DNA of 64,000 bases, taken from Selaginella moellendorffii. Taxonomy: Eukaryota > Plantae > Lycopodiophyta. The stretch lies in assembly GCF_000143415.4 (NCBI RefSeq), contig NW_003314310.1, positions 1,048,611-1,112,610 on the forward strand. The letters are read 5' to 3'. Below, piece after piece: positions 25,455-37,834 of this stretch. A program made the position numbers and the translations under genes. The first letter of the stretch is position 1; every line of letters begins with the position of its first letter. The notes beneath the pieces were generated by a model. The model was not told the origin of the DNA and made no database searches. It was given only the letters and a program-made list of their open reading frames with translations.

Positions 25455-26612
25455 ATGAAGGAGATTGATAGGATCCTCAGCTTTGTGGACCTGGCCACAC
25501 TGTCGAATTGCTCTGCCGTTTGTAAGTCATGGAATAACATCATCAGCTCGCCATCTTTTCGCCAACTATGGTGCCGCAACGCTGGTGTCAAAGAGGTCCC
25601 CCTGATCATGACAAGCTCCATGCACAGCGAGGGATGCTACACCTTCAGAACTCCTTTGTCATCTGGCCACAGGCGGGAGCTTCGACTACCCCATGGTGAC
25701 GTTGTGGCTTCTGCCGGCGGCCTTGTATGCATCCGAGGTAGAGATTCTGATGTTCTCCACTTGGTGGTTGGCAATCCACTCACCCAAGAGTGGACGGAAG
25801 TTCCCGCGCTGCAGTGGAAGGACAAAGAAGAGACAGGTATTATTGACTTCGCGATGCTGGTTGATGGCGATGCCGGTTACTTCAAGGTGGGTATCCAGCA
25901 CTCGGAAGCCACTACAGGCCACTCGTGCTACGTCTACGACTCGGCCACCGGTGCATGGTCAGCACTGGGCATGCTGTGCTTGACACAAGCGCACGTACAA
26001 GCGAGGGCTCAGTGGCTCAAGACCAGAGCGCTAACATTCCCAGACATGGACGCCTTATACTACGACCTCACCACCTTGGGCATGTATGACATTCGTCGCT
26101 GTGAGTGGAGCATCGGGAGTGTGGTGCGCAACCTCAGGTTCACAACAGGCCTCGAAGGTGGTAAGCATACGCGCTGCGTTTTGCCGCGGCCAGGCGTGTG
26201 CACATCGAGGTTGTGGGAGTGGGATGGGCAGCGATACTTTGCAAGCGGGTGGGTGTATGCAGGAAGTGTCGAGGACGTGTGTTGTGGAGTGGATGGATTT
26301 GGTATCTGGAGAGTTGACGAGGATGGCAGCTTGGTTACTGTTTCTGCAGTGACTGTGGCCATTTGTAGTCAATATCCTCAGCTCAAGCCAATTGTACAAT
26401 TGCTAGAAGTGGTAACCGCTGCAGATGCCAACCTTGTATGCTTCTCGGAGAGATGTCCGGCAATGTTGTCAGTTGTGGTTGTATATGACTTGCACACAAG
26501 TAGTTGGAGTCGGTTGGCTGCCCAGCGCATGGATCATTATAGTGAAGCAGTGGTGTATCAACCATCTCTGAGGCCTGTGAGGAAGCCGTGGCAAAATCAA
26601 GTATCTGGGTAA
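25455..26612 (+). CDS. F-box protein with beta-propeller-like C-terminus, intronless
   Basis: N-terminal F-box EIDRILSFVDLATLSNCSAVCKSWNNII; VASAGGLVC, VGNPLTQEW, VYDSATGAW. Confidence 0.88.
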   Translation: MKEIDRILSFVDLATLSNCSAVCKSWNNIISSPSFRQLWCRNAGVKEVPLIMTSSMHSEGCYTFRTPLSSGHRRELRLPHGDVVASAGGLVCIRGRDSDVLHLVVGNPLTQEWTEVPALQWKDKEETGIIDFAMLVDGDAGYFKVGIQHSEATTGHSCYVYDSATGAWSALGMLCLTQAHVQARAQWLKTRALTFPDMDALYYDLTTLGMYDIRRCEWSIGSVVRNLRFTTGLEGGKHTRCVLPRPGVCTSRLWEWDGQRYFASGWVYAGSVEDVCCGVDGFGIWRVDEDGSLVTVSAVTVAICSQYPQLKPIVQLLEVVTAADANLVCFSERCPAMLSVVVVYDLHTSSWSRLAAQRMDHYSEAVVYQPSLRPVRKPWQNQVSG

Positions 26613-26796
26613 TTCTACAATCCTCTACACTTGTCAAGCACTTTCGAACAACCATGCCACATCACTTTTTAGTTTATTATTACATGTTTTAAAGCCCAAC
26701 TAGAACCATTCTTCAATTTTAACATTGTAAAAAGCACAAGGTATTGCTCCCACCGCAACTTGGAGGTGAGGCTATGTCTTTAGTTGGAGATTAAGC

Positions 26797-27150
26797 GTTG
26801 TTTGTTGTGAACAGACCAGAGCTTTTCCAAAGAAAAGAATGCCTTTCTATCCAAATCTTCCAAAGGTGATAGGATCAGATTTTTTGGAGCGCAGACTAAG
26901 CATTCACGGATCCAGTAGAAATTCCGGAGCTTTTCATGTGTTTGGGCATACGCATTTCAGATGGGATGCTACAGTGGATGGAATCAGGTGATCACTGAAG
27001 ATGGCAACCTTGTCTGCTTTCCAGAGAGATATCCAGATCCAGTTGTGGTTCACAAATAGATGGAGTCCGTTGGCTGCCCAGCGCATGGATAGTTATAGTG
27101 GAGCAGTGGTGTATCAACCGCCTGTGATGAAGCCGTGGGAAAATCAAAGT
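26797..27150 (+). pseudogene. Chimeric duplicate: metallophosphoesterase exon fused to the F-box 3' end
   Basis: 26797-26992 copies ~24028-24223; 26993-27150 copies ~26420-26600. Confidence 0.85.
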
Positions 27151-27344
27151 TTCTTGGTAATGGTTTTCATGTTAGAACTTATAAAGTTAGGCTAAGTATT
27201 TGCTCGGTCTTGGTTGCACGAGAAAAAAATACAACATAAAATTGTGGTTGGTTTAAACTGTTTGGTTCAAGCCTATTCCAGAAGAGGTCTCGTTTAGAAA
27301 TTGTAGAAGACAATCCATCTTAACAAGATTAATTAATTGATAAT

Positions 27345-27426
27345 GTGGACGTGCCAGAGTGGTTATCGGGCATGACTAGAAATCATGTGGGCTTTGCCCG
27401 CGCAGGTTCGAATCCTGCCGTCCACG
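27345..27426 (+). tRNA. tRNA-Ser(AGA)
   Basis: 82-nt cloverleaf with long variable arm; anticodon arm CATGA-CT-AGA-AA-TCATG; GGTTCGAATCC T loop. Confidence 0.95.
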
Positions 27427-27753
27427 AAATCGTTCTTTAATTTTGAGTAGAGGATTTGGACGATGACGCATGGAACGCAACGAGGATATGTCCGTATTTG
27501 AAACTTTCATGTGAACTAAACTATAATGGAAACTCACATCGGGCAGCTTTTGTGTGATACCTATCCTGCGGAGGTGACTGCATTGATTTTAGTTTTGTTT
27601 CTGCTCACAATCGTTTATTACGTGTTTTGCACAGTGCCTCGCATTCGAGAGATGAACTTACAAGTCTGCTGCCCGGCGTCTTTTAAAAGAATAAACTACT
27701 TCATTAGAAGAAAACTTAAAAGTTAATTTACGAAGACGACGCATTTGCCCGCG

Positions 27754-28330
27754 GGGGTGGGATCCTTTGCGGCTCCCGAACCACGTTGCGATGACAAGGT
27801 GCGAGGGATCGCCAAGGAGCACCACCTGCCAGCCGCGGCGGAGGCGTGCTACTCCAATGCCCGGGGATGTCCAGTGACTTAGGGATCAAGGCGCTCACGC
27901 TCTTCGCCTTCTCCACCGAGAATTTCTTGCGGCCGGATGCAGAAAGTTGATATAGTTCTCAGCGTCGACGATCCTGCCACCATTCTGCTGTGAGTGGAAT
28001 TTCTCGATATTGTTTTGCTGTGAATGGATTGGGTTGACTCAGGTGGGATTTTTGATATCAATTCCACTGCATTGGCGACAGTGCCAGGCTCCCGCGCCCG
28101 CTCCAAGCTATGATCTCGGAAGCGACCAGCGGCAACACGGGGATGAAATTCGCCATGGCGATTGGTTACGGTGGTCACAGCGATCTGGTCCAGGCGTGCC
28201 AGGCGCTGGCGCGCGAGGTGGAGCAAGGAACAATGGCTGTGGAGGAGATCGATCAGATCAACCTGGCAAGGAGATTGATGCTGGAATGTTGGCACGCCGG
28301 AGCTGCTCGTTTGCACCAGCGGCGGCGATC
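27754..28330 (+). pseudogene. cis-prenyltransferase (UPP/dehydrodolichyl-PP synthase family) remnant
   Basis: LPNHVAM, GIKALTLFAFSTENFLRP, TSGNTGMKFAMAIGYGGHSDLVQAC; the catalytic DGN-RW and D-LIRTSGE motifs are not seen intact. Confidence 0.75.
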
Positions 28331-28779
28331 AGCGGCTGAATATCGCCTACTCGGAGCTCGTGTTTGAAAAGAAGCAGTGACCGGATGTTAAAGAGGAGTA
28401 AATGGTGGAATTTCAAGAAAAGTCAAATAGTTATATATTTGTTAGCCACCTTAAATGTCTCAATCTTTTATAAAAAAATATTGAAAGAAAGTTAATACTT
28501 TGTTTCTTACTTCAAGGACTTTATTTGATTTTTTAAATTTTCTTTAATTGTTACAATCTGGACTTAGATTTTGACATTAGCATTTACGCTGAACTATGGT
28601 AATAGTACTGTAATATTTAGTAGCTTATACATTTTTATGAAAGTTTGAATTTTTGTGCAGATTTTGCATTAGAATGCAATTTTATATGGATTTATTTATT
28701 ATTTTCTTACCATGTTATCTCTTATCTGATTTATATTCATTTATATTAAAATTAAGTCTTGCTGGAAAAGTTAGCATGG

Positions 28780-28782
<3 letters not shown>

Positions 28783-28828
<46 letters not shown>
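28783..28828. repeat. (GA)23 microsatellite
   Basis: Perfect GA run. Confidence 0.95.
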
Positions 28829-28831
<3 letters not shown>

Positions 28832-29659
28832 AAAGGCAAAATGAAAATGCTCAATGCTAGAATGGCTTTCAGTACCTCAAGCATGTGTAAGTAACAATAT
28901 CCTCAGCTTCCAAGGCTATTAAGATGTGTAAAAGGTGGTGAGAGTATTCTTGTTGTGACCATGAACATTACTGGCAAGATGTATGGATTAATGGAAGTTA
29001 TAAACTCAATCGTCATGGTTTTCACACCGTTTTCATCACCACGAGAATATGGTAAAGACTATGGCATCACTAAATTTGATTTGGCATCCATTCAGTCCGG
29101 TCATCTCCAAATTTTGGAGGAATTGAGTGCAAACTTGCTCAATCAGTGCACGTAAAAAAATTAAGATTAACAAAAGTGGGATGTATCTAACACTTTCTGC
29201 CCCATAAACTTTCTCTAATTCGATTAAGTTTTGTAATTTTACTAGAATGCGAACCTCCATGCCTCTCCTATGCAACTACCCGAAGGAACTGCTCCCGCTA
29301 AAGTCTGATAATTTGATTGAAATGAGTGAAAGCTACACTGATTATGCCCAGTTTTTATAGAGATAATCTCAAACTTGGAGGATTCTGCCTTAAAAAAGCG
29401 TGCAACCAGGTACCAAAACATTACAATTTTTTTTTACCTCTTAACTGGTATATAAAGGGATCTCTGAAATGGAAGTTGATCAAGATGTTTTAAAGCTCAA
29501 CACGAACCGCAACAATGGCTAGATTGATGTTGCATTGGATGAGCTTGACTGTGTCTACTTTTATTACTTTTCTCGGTGTGGCAGCTAACCCAATATCTAA
29601 TAATACATTAAAAGAAATTATCAGAGCGAAACCCAATTGCCACCAATGTTTAAAGCTAA

Positions 29660-31190
29660 AGAATGTAGGGTTTTTTCTTTAGTGCCAGCGCGCCGGGATC
29701 GGGAAGCGGCGCCGAAGAAGGTATGGTTTTCGATCAGTGGAAGAAAATAGAAATTGACCTCGCAATGTCAGCAGGAAGAGGCGCCGCCGCATTCCTTCTT
29801 ACCAGGTGAGCGGCGCGAGGGTTTATATAGTATCGATGAAACGAGGTACTTTGATTGATGTCTCGGACAGGCTGATTTTTTTCGGGTCTTCTTGGTTGCT
29901 GGGAATGAGGACTTATGCAAGAAGCACAAACACGTAAGTGCATCTTTCTCTGTGAGAGGAATGGAGATTAATTCTTTGGCTTTGTAGCTGGACTTTTCCT
30001 CCAGTGTGATCATGATGTTGGGATGAAAAGAAACACCACAAAGAGAAACAAACCTTGCTGGCAAAGGTGAGCGAGCTCTGTGAGTACTTTGCGTCGACAC
30101 CAAGCCATGGAAAGCTTGTGATATTTGGATCGTTCCTCAACTTTCCTGGATACCACTAGGCACTCTTTTCTGTATTTGCGCAGACGTGCTTTGGATTGAC
30201 ACTCGACAATTCTTCCTACTGCAGACTTTTGACAAAGAAATCGGCTCACAACATTCCACCTCTCGAGAAGGCACGTTATCCTCTTTCCTTTTTTTTTTTC
30301 CCGCTTCTTTTCTATCTTCTTTGTTTTTGTTTTTGTTTTTCTATTCTATCTATGCGGCTCTTCGTTTGAACACGTTTCCTGACAACATTGTTTGCATGTG
30401 TGGTGCAGACTTGTATTGATTGTCATGCCGGACGAGCTCAGAATTCCGGATACTTCGACAACCTTAGCTCTCTTAACGGAGATTTGGCACACTACTACTG
30501 GCCGGGTCATCTCGTTTTCTCACTTCTTCCCAAAGTATGCCTCGTACGGCTCTAGAAATCCGCTCCCGGGAAACGGGGTTGTGTTGTCTGACGTTTGAGT
30601 GTTCTTTGTTGTGTGCAGGCCAGAGCTGTGACCAGAGAAAGGGAATACTTTTCGATCGAAATCTTCCAGAGGTGATAGGATCAGATTTCCTGGAGGAGCA
30701 TCCATGGGTCCAGTGGAAATTCCGGAGCTCGCCATGTGTTTTCGCAAGCTGGGACGCTGCAGTGTATGGAATCAGGTGATTATTAGCTCCTAATATCTGG
30801 CATTCATTTGCATGGCACTGCTTGCAGGACTGATACGTTAGCAACAGTTGCTTCGGCTTTTCATCCTTTTTTTTTTCTCAGTGAAAGGAGCACTGACATC
30901 AATGCAGGGAGACAGACAGAGATACTCCGAGAAAAGAATATAACATGAAATGTGGTTAGTCTTTTTAAACAGTTTGGTCTAAGCCTACTTAGTGCTGGTC
31001 GCCTTCTGCAGGTGTCTTCGGAGAACTTCGAAGGCGAATTTATGGCTGCCACTGTGCATGTATATGACAGCGAAGGTACTTTTCTTCGGAGGCCCATGCC
31101 TTGCCACTTGCCGCTAGTAATCGGACTACTATCGCTTTAACGAGAAAAATCCGGACAGCGTTGTGCTCGCACCGTGGGCCGCAGACTTGC
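29660..31190 (+). pseudogene. Degenerate near full-length duplicate of the metallophosphoesterase gene (22.9-24.65 kb)
   Basis: Colinear nucleotide similarity of promoter, exons and introns (e.g. TATATGACAGCGAAGGTACT, GATAGGATCAGATTTCCTGGA) with indels and stops. Confidence 0.88.
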
Positions 31191-34100
31191 ACGATTCCCA
31201 ACGGAGATGGAAATTCCGAGAGCCATAACTTCCGAGCTCCAACAGCGGGCACTCCCAATCATGGAGGAGATCTTTATAAACTATCTTCTGGGAGACTAAA
31301 CTACTGCGAGGACAGCAAAACAAAGGCGAGGCCGGTGACTGTGCTCGTGTCTTAAACGCGCTTGGATGGAGGAGAGAAGAAAAAGAGAAGGAAAATCCAG
31401 TTGATCGACCGCTTGGACGCATCCTCGGAAGCATTTGCTCGTTTTGAGTTCCCGAGGGGATCATCTGGCTGGTTGCAACTTGGAGGTGAGGCTTTTAAAT
31501 CGTTTTCTAGCAGGCGTACAGCGGAAAGGATGATCTCACCAAAGCTCATCATCCTGAGGTAAAGTAATGCTTCTTGTTTTTCTTCTCCGCCTTTTGCCTG
31601 CTTTGTTTTTTGTCTGTTTCATTGTCTAAACTCGCGCTTGATTCTATCTCTCTCTCTCTTGTTTCGTTGCAGCCCAGCTGCTCGCCACGGATCAATCAAT
31701 CAATCAATCATTCAGTCGGTCAAGTCACTCGCTCGAACCAATCCGTCGATCGGTCGCCCAAGAGCTGCTGCTTGCAAACTCTGGAAAGTCGGAGAGGGAT
31801 GAGCTGATCTTCCGTTCCGTTAAAGCTGGAGATCCAATAATTGGTCAAAGAGTTAACTTATCGATCGTCCTTCTCTCATCGCAGGGAAGATAGAAAGAAA
31901 TAAAGTCTCCTTTGCGCGGCAAGACATTGATATGGATCGAAGTGACGAGAGAAAAGCTTATTGCGAGTACTTGAATAGCGCTGCAGGCGTTCTCACATGG
32001 TGCATGGTCCCATACGTAGCTAAAACAAGCATATTCCTCCATGCAGCGTGGCATATGCCTCCAAAGTTTTTGCCGCACATGGAAAACTTGTATTTTTCTA
32101 TTTCCAGAGATTTCATTGGCTGGGACCTGGCCGCATTAAATGCCACTTGACCCAGCTAGCCTTGCAAAGCCCAGACAACCCGCCGGATAAAGCGTCCGTC
32201 CAACGGTCCTGGAGCGTGTAGAGACAGCGACCGCGGCACGGACCGACAGGAATTCTCGGCGCAATACCACGTGGCCGCCACGTTGGCGGGCCCCGTCCAT
32301 CAATGCGGCGGAGAGTCCACGCTGTACGCTTGCAACGTGGCAAGTTTTTAGGGCACGAGTCTTTTAATTTCTCTCCTCTCCCGAAAGTTTCGTATCGTAT
32401 GAAACCTTGTGTGTGTATGGATCGATAGAGAGAAAAAAGATGCCAGGGATTTTTATAGCAGCGAACAAAGCTCTTCGTGGTCCCGGAAATCTTTCATGGA
32501 GCCCGTTGGCATTTGTTTTCACGTACGTCACCCATCTTAAATGCGATTTGGAAAAACATGGAACAAGAATTTGGAGAACATCCATACATCTTATAGTTAT
32601 AGTTTTAATTTCTTGATCGATCACACTGTGCGCCTTTTGGCTCTTGTTGTGCTGGCTACACTGGAAAATCTCCCTGTGATGATCGATGATCTCACGGGTG
32701 TGCCCTATCTCGCTTTCTCCTTCTTTAGCCTCGTTGGTCTTTAGAGTTTACATCGTTTTCATGCTGGTACATGTTCTATTTGCTTGTCCGTGCTGGGCGT
32801 AAATCTGTGTTGTCTGACCTCCGTGATACCCGAGCCAATCGTGGCCGTCGGCAGGTCGTGGCATGCTAGCGACCGTCGATGACGCCTTGTGACGAGGACA
32901 TGACGACGGTGCTGATCATTTGTTCTTCGAATTGTGTTGAACTCTAGGCTGGAATTTGATCGATTCCGTGATCCTGGGTTTTGTAAATTCCCCAAGTTTG
33001 ACTTGGAAGCTTTGGTGATCAGAACAAGGGCTTGTTTAATCAACGCTCGTTTATGAGAGTCCATTCCAATTTTAAAGGGCGTGGTATCTACGCCTGATTT
33101 GATGCCTTGTCTTGTTCGCTCATTTCGTGATTGGCTCGCTCGCAAGTTTTGAAAGCAAAAGGATGACTCCGAAAGAGATTGGCATGTGTATGAATGAGGT
33201 CACGGCCTACTACTTGGGGATAGGCCGCATATTCCAATCAATCTACACGAGAAATGTGTGATTAAGAAATCCCGTAAAACATTGTAAAGCATAAGCGATG
33301 CGGGTTTACTAGGTTTTCGACGAAGTCAACGGGCCTGTGGAGAAAAAGCTGGCCGGCTCCAGTGCTTGGTCAAACGCCAAGTGGCATCCAAGGGCCAGGA
33401 TGGCACCACGCAGCAGCGCCGGCGAATATGCTGGCGCGGGTTTAAAAAGCGCGGCAAAGTGATTTTTTACCTGGCGAGGCGGTGTCGGTGGTGGCAATCC
33501 ACGTCGGTGTTTTTCCCGTGCCACGTCGGCTCGCAGCCATGTCATAGCGGACCAGGGGTTCTGTGCAGCCAGAGAGGAGGCGAGAGAGAAAGAAAAGAAA
33601 AGAGGGAAGAGTATTTTCAGCGATTCCAGCGGCATCGGCAGCGCGTAGCATCCCTGACGCCCTACTGACGAATTCGTGTCCCCGCTGGCGCGAGTCCTTG
33701 AATTCCTGGAGGAATAACTCCAAATCTCTCATTCATCCCCCAATCTCCTCCTCCATCGCTCGCTTGCTCGCTCGCTCGCTCGCGGCCGATCGATCACAAG
33801 GCCGCCGGGGCCATGACTCTCGGCGATTCTTTTCTTGCGTCAGATTGTCACAGCAGGCCGCGGAGAGGAGGATCTGCGGGCATTCCGGGCTGGATCGACG
33901 AATCTTGCCGCGCAAGAAAGAAATTCCGGCATTTGCTAGCTAGTGTGGATAGATTATAACAGCAGCGCGAGCGCGAGCAGGGAAGAAAGGCCGCGGGATT
34001 GTGCGTTATGATCCAGAGAAGGAGGAGGGGGGTACAAAGAGGAGTGGCAGCAGCGGCACTGATGAGTGATGGGATTTCGTCGCAGTGACACGAAAATTGG

Positions 34101-34299
34101 GCAGCATTTCCTTCCTCTCCTCGAGACTCCGCTAGAACCCTAATCCTCCTAGTTTGCTACCATTTTTTTTTCTCTTTTTTCTAGTCTTCTCTAGTCAATG
34201 CCTATGAATTCTCCTTGATTTCGCTGGTTCTTCCCGGGATTTAGCTCGCCGCGGCCGATCCAAGTTGGCGGCCCAGAATTCCTCCTCCCTGGACGAGGC

Positions 34300-36083
34300 A
34301 TGGGTCGGCATTCTTGCTGCCAGAAGCAAAAATTGAAGAAGGGGCTATGGTCGCCCGAGGAGGACGAGAAATTGGTACATTACATCACGAAATACGGGCA
34401 TGGATGCTGGAGTACAGTGCCCAAACAAGCAGGTAATCCACTGCGTTCTTGGTTTTTTCTTGGTGTCACCTCTCTGGAATTTGGAATTGGAGGCCGTGGT
34501 CTTCTTCTCTTTTGATCTTCGTATTGCTTTGTTTCCCTTCCCAAATGTAGGACCTCCTTTGCTCGATTGTGATGATATGATCTTTTTCTCGCAGGATTGC
34601 AGAGATGTGGCAAGAGCTGCCGATTGCGATGGATCAACTACCTCCGTCCGGATTTGAAGCGAGGGATTTTCTCGGCGGACGAGGAGAAACTCATCATCGA
34701 TTTACACTCGGCCTTGGGCAACCGGTGAGAGCAAAATTCAGTGGTGAATTCTCGTGAATTCTCGTGAATTCCGCAGCTTTTGAGAAGTTGGCTGATCGAG
34801 CAATGGAAATTTCTTGTGTGTTCTTGTCCAGGTGGTCGCAAATCGCAACTCAGCTCCCCGGACGAACAGACAACGAGATCAAAAACTACTGGAACACTTG
34901 CATCAAGAAGAAGCTCCGGCAGGCCGGCATAGATCCCAACACACACAAGCCAGTGATCCAGGCGTCGGAGCACGCGATCAATCCCGAGAGCTCCTCAATC
35001 TCCAGCTCCAATCTAAACTCCACAGCCACAACGATCACAAACACGACGATTCCGCACGAGACGCACCATCTGGATCAACAATTGGTGGAACCGGCGAGCA
35101 AAAGGCCTCGGATCTATCCCGCGGTTCTCGAGGACATTTTGTTCGCGCCGAGGAATCAAGCGCAGGTGGCGGCGGTGGATCACAAGAAGCATCCCTCGGA
35201 CGAGATCGCGAGCACGAACAAGCCGGACAAGCTCACCACGGATAACTTTTTGGGCAAGTTCTTGGAGAGCGCCGGCGGTGACAATCCAGTGGCGGCGAAG
35301 CTCCAGAAGATGGCGTTGGATTCGAATTCTCCCAGCTTGATCAAGCAGCAGCAGCAGCAGCAGCTCATCACGGACAATTTGCTCGAGAAGTTCCTCTCCA
35401 CCCCCTCCTCGAGAGACGCGATTCCGCGAAGAAATCCTCTGCTGGGCGGTGGTGCCAAGCCCGAGTTTAGCTTCCCATCGCTCCTCCCGGTCCCGAGCAG
35501 CAACAATTACAGCACCAATCCAGTGTTTTGGGTCTTCCAGCAGCAGCAGCAGCAGCAGGGAAATCACCTGAATTCCTCGTCGATTCCATCGGCGGGCATG
35601 GATTTCACGGGCGGATCGTCCGACTTGCAATCCTCCTTCTATGGCGACACGGATTCCGCGAGTCTAATGCGCAATTCGCTGGTCATGCTCAATCACCACC
35701 ACCACCATCCTCTGGATCATCACCGAGGGGGGAATGGCTGGGAGAATCTTTGCAGCACTAGCAGCACGAGCAGCACATCGAGATCGTCTCATCCCCAGCA
35801 GCCGCTGTGGAATTACTCGCACAAGCTCGAGAGCTCGGATGGGTCGTGCGAGAGCCAATCGCTGGGAGCAGTGTCGGAGCTCCTGCCAGTGTCGTGTGCG
35901 ATGCAGGAGTTCTCTGACAGCCACGGCAGCGCGCACAAGGCGTCGCAGGGGATGATCTCATCGTCGTCGGCTGATCAAGGAGTGGTCTCCTGGGCGGCGC
36001 ACACGGCGGCTGTGGATCTGGCGAGCTTTGGGCCGATGTCGCCCGAATTGCAGAGACTGGCGGCGGTGATCGATCAGATGTGA
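34300..36083 (+). CDS. R2R3-MYB transcription factor (MYB61/MYB50/MYB86-like N-terminus), 3 exons
   Basis: [81 protein letters not shown]. Confidence 0.95.
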
Positions 36084-37834
36084 AGTGGGTTCTCGCGGGA
36101 TTCGGGGAATTTCCGGCAGGATTGGAGGAATTGGAGCCGAGATCGACAGTGCTCTGTTTTCTCCCAAAACAGAGGAACTCACTGGAAAAAATAAGCGATG
36201 GTGGAGGAAGCGATACGTACAGAGGATTGGGGGGGCTTTTTTTTTTTTTTTCTTCTTTCGAGGGTTGCTGCTGCGCGTTTCATCCGCTCCTCGAGGCGAT
36301 CGATCGGGCGAGAAGAGATTTTGGAGCGAATGAAACGAGCAGCAAGGGGGCAATTCTTTCATTTCATGGTTTGCTGCTGGCTGGCTGGCTGGCTGGCGCG
36401 CGCGGCCGATCGATCTACAAGCGTGTACATTGGTTTGTGACAGAAGGGGAGGATCTAAGATCGATCGCCATGGCCAGGCGGCAGCCAAGGAAAATAAATC
36501 CCTTTGGCACGGAGCAATCGCGAGCCAAGGGGGCGGCGGCGGCGGCGCGGCGCACAGACGATCGTGCCGCGCGGTATGCCGTGCAGTGTTGATACCCGGC
36601 TGGGCGGCATGCCGCGCGGCAGATATGCTTACGTATACATATATATAGAGGTGTTGTTTTTTTTTTCCTCTTTGTTTGTTCTTGCTGTGCCAGTCCTGGC
36701 AGAGACGCCCATGTGTGTATCATATTGATTGATTTCTCGTGAAAGAAAGATCGAGTTAGCAGCGCAGTGGGGAAAGTTTTTATGGCAATCGCATGAATGG
36801 ATCGATCTTTTTTTCCTCTGATTTTACGAATTGGGCCAGGCGTCGCTGTCCCGGTCTGAAGCATCTGATCAGAGAAAAAACTGGCTGGGGTGGGGTGCGC
36901 GGTCTCATCGATCGAAGCGATGGAATGGATCGATCGAGCTGATCTTGGCAGAGAGGAACTGGAGAATTTTGCTGGCTGGATCAGCTTCATGGGAAATTTT
37001 GGGCAGCAACAGTGAAACCAGGTGTGATGATCTCACACACAAGTGTTTGGTGGGGCGATGGGATCAGGGATTTTAATGATCGAGAAAATCATTGTCTGGG
37101 GGTTAGCTTGGAATTTTACTGTCGCGACTCGCGAGCGATCGATTTGCTTGTGCGAATTGGGCGAGCAAGAAAGAGGGGAAAAAGGAAGATTGAATTGATG
37201 ATGACACGACGAATGAACACGTCCCATTCGAGGGTAAAGGAAAACTTGCTGGAAAACTTTTTTGTTCTCTGCGCCCGCGCAGCAGTGCGCGCTGCTTCTT
37301 TGCTTGCTGGGGTCTTGTGATTGATTGATCCTGTGGCAGCAGCAGCATCGGCAAATCCCTTTCCTCTCCTCTCCCATTTCTCTGACGACCTGTTCTTTCT
37401 TTCTTTTCCTTTTTCCTCTGGAGGAGAGGAAGAAATGGGATGCATTTCTTCTCGGCCGGGGCAACTTGGCATACGGCTGTCAGATCCTCGCATGGACAAT
37501 AAACAACAAGATGACAATCGCGCGAAAAGAAAAGGGGGTCGTTTTCGATCGGCCCTACATCCATGAATTGGAAGGAAGGAGCGAGGAGGAAGAGCCTTTC
37601 TAGGGTTCATGGACCGCGTCCCGCGCGCGCGCACGTCTCTTTTTTTGAATTTGAATTTAAAACTCCACCTAGGTCTCCTGTGCTCGAGGGAACGCGCTGT
37701 GACGCTGCCAGGTTTGCGGAAACTTTAGTTTTTCTCTCTTTGTTTGCATTGCGTCAACCATGTTCTCGCGCGAGTTTTTCAATGTTTCTCGATTGATTGA
37801 CAGTCGGGAGCTTTAGATTCTTGGATGAGTGTGC

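Noticed and set aside
27526-27726. 66-aa ORF with a hydrophobic stretch downstream of tRNA-Ser
   Set aside because: No family motif; T-rich sequence readily yields such ORFs
28850-29560. Exon-like fragments and short ORFs after the GA microsatellite
   Set aside because: No recognisable motif or consistent frame; cannot be called
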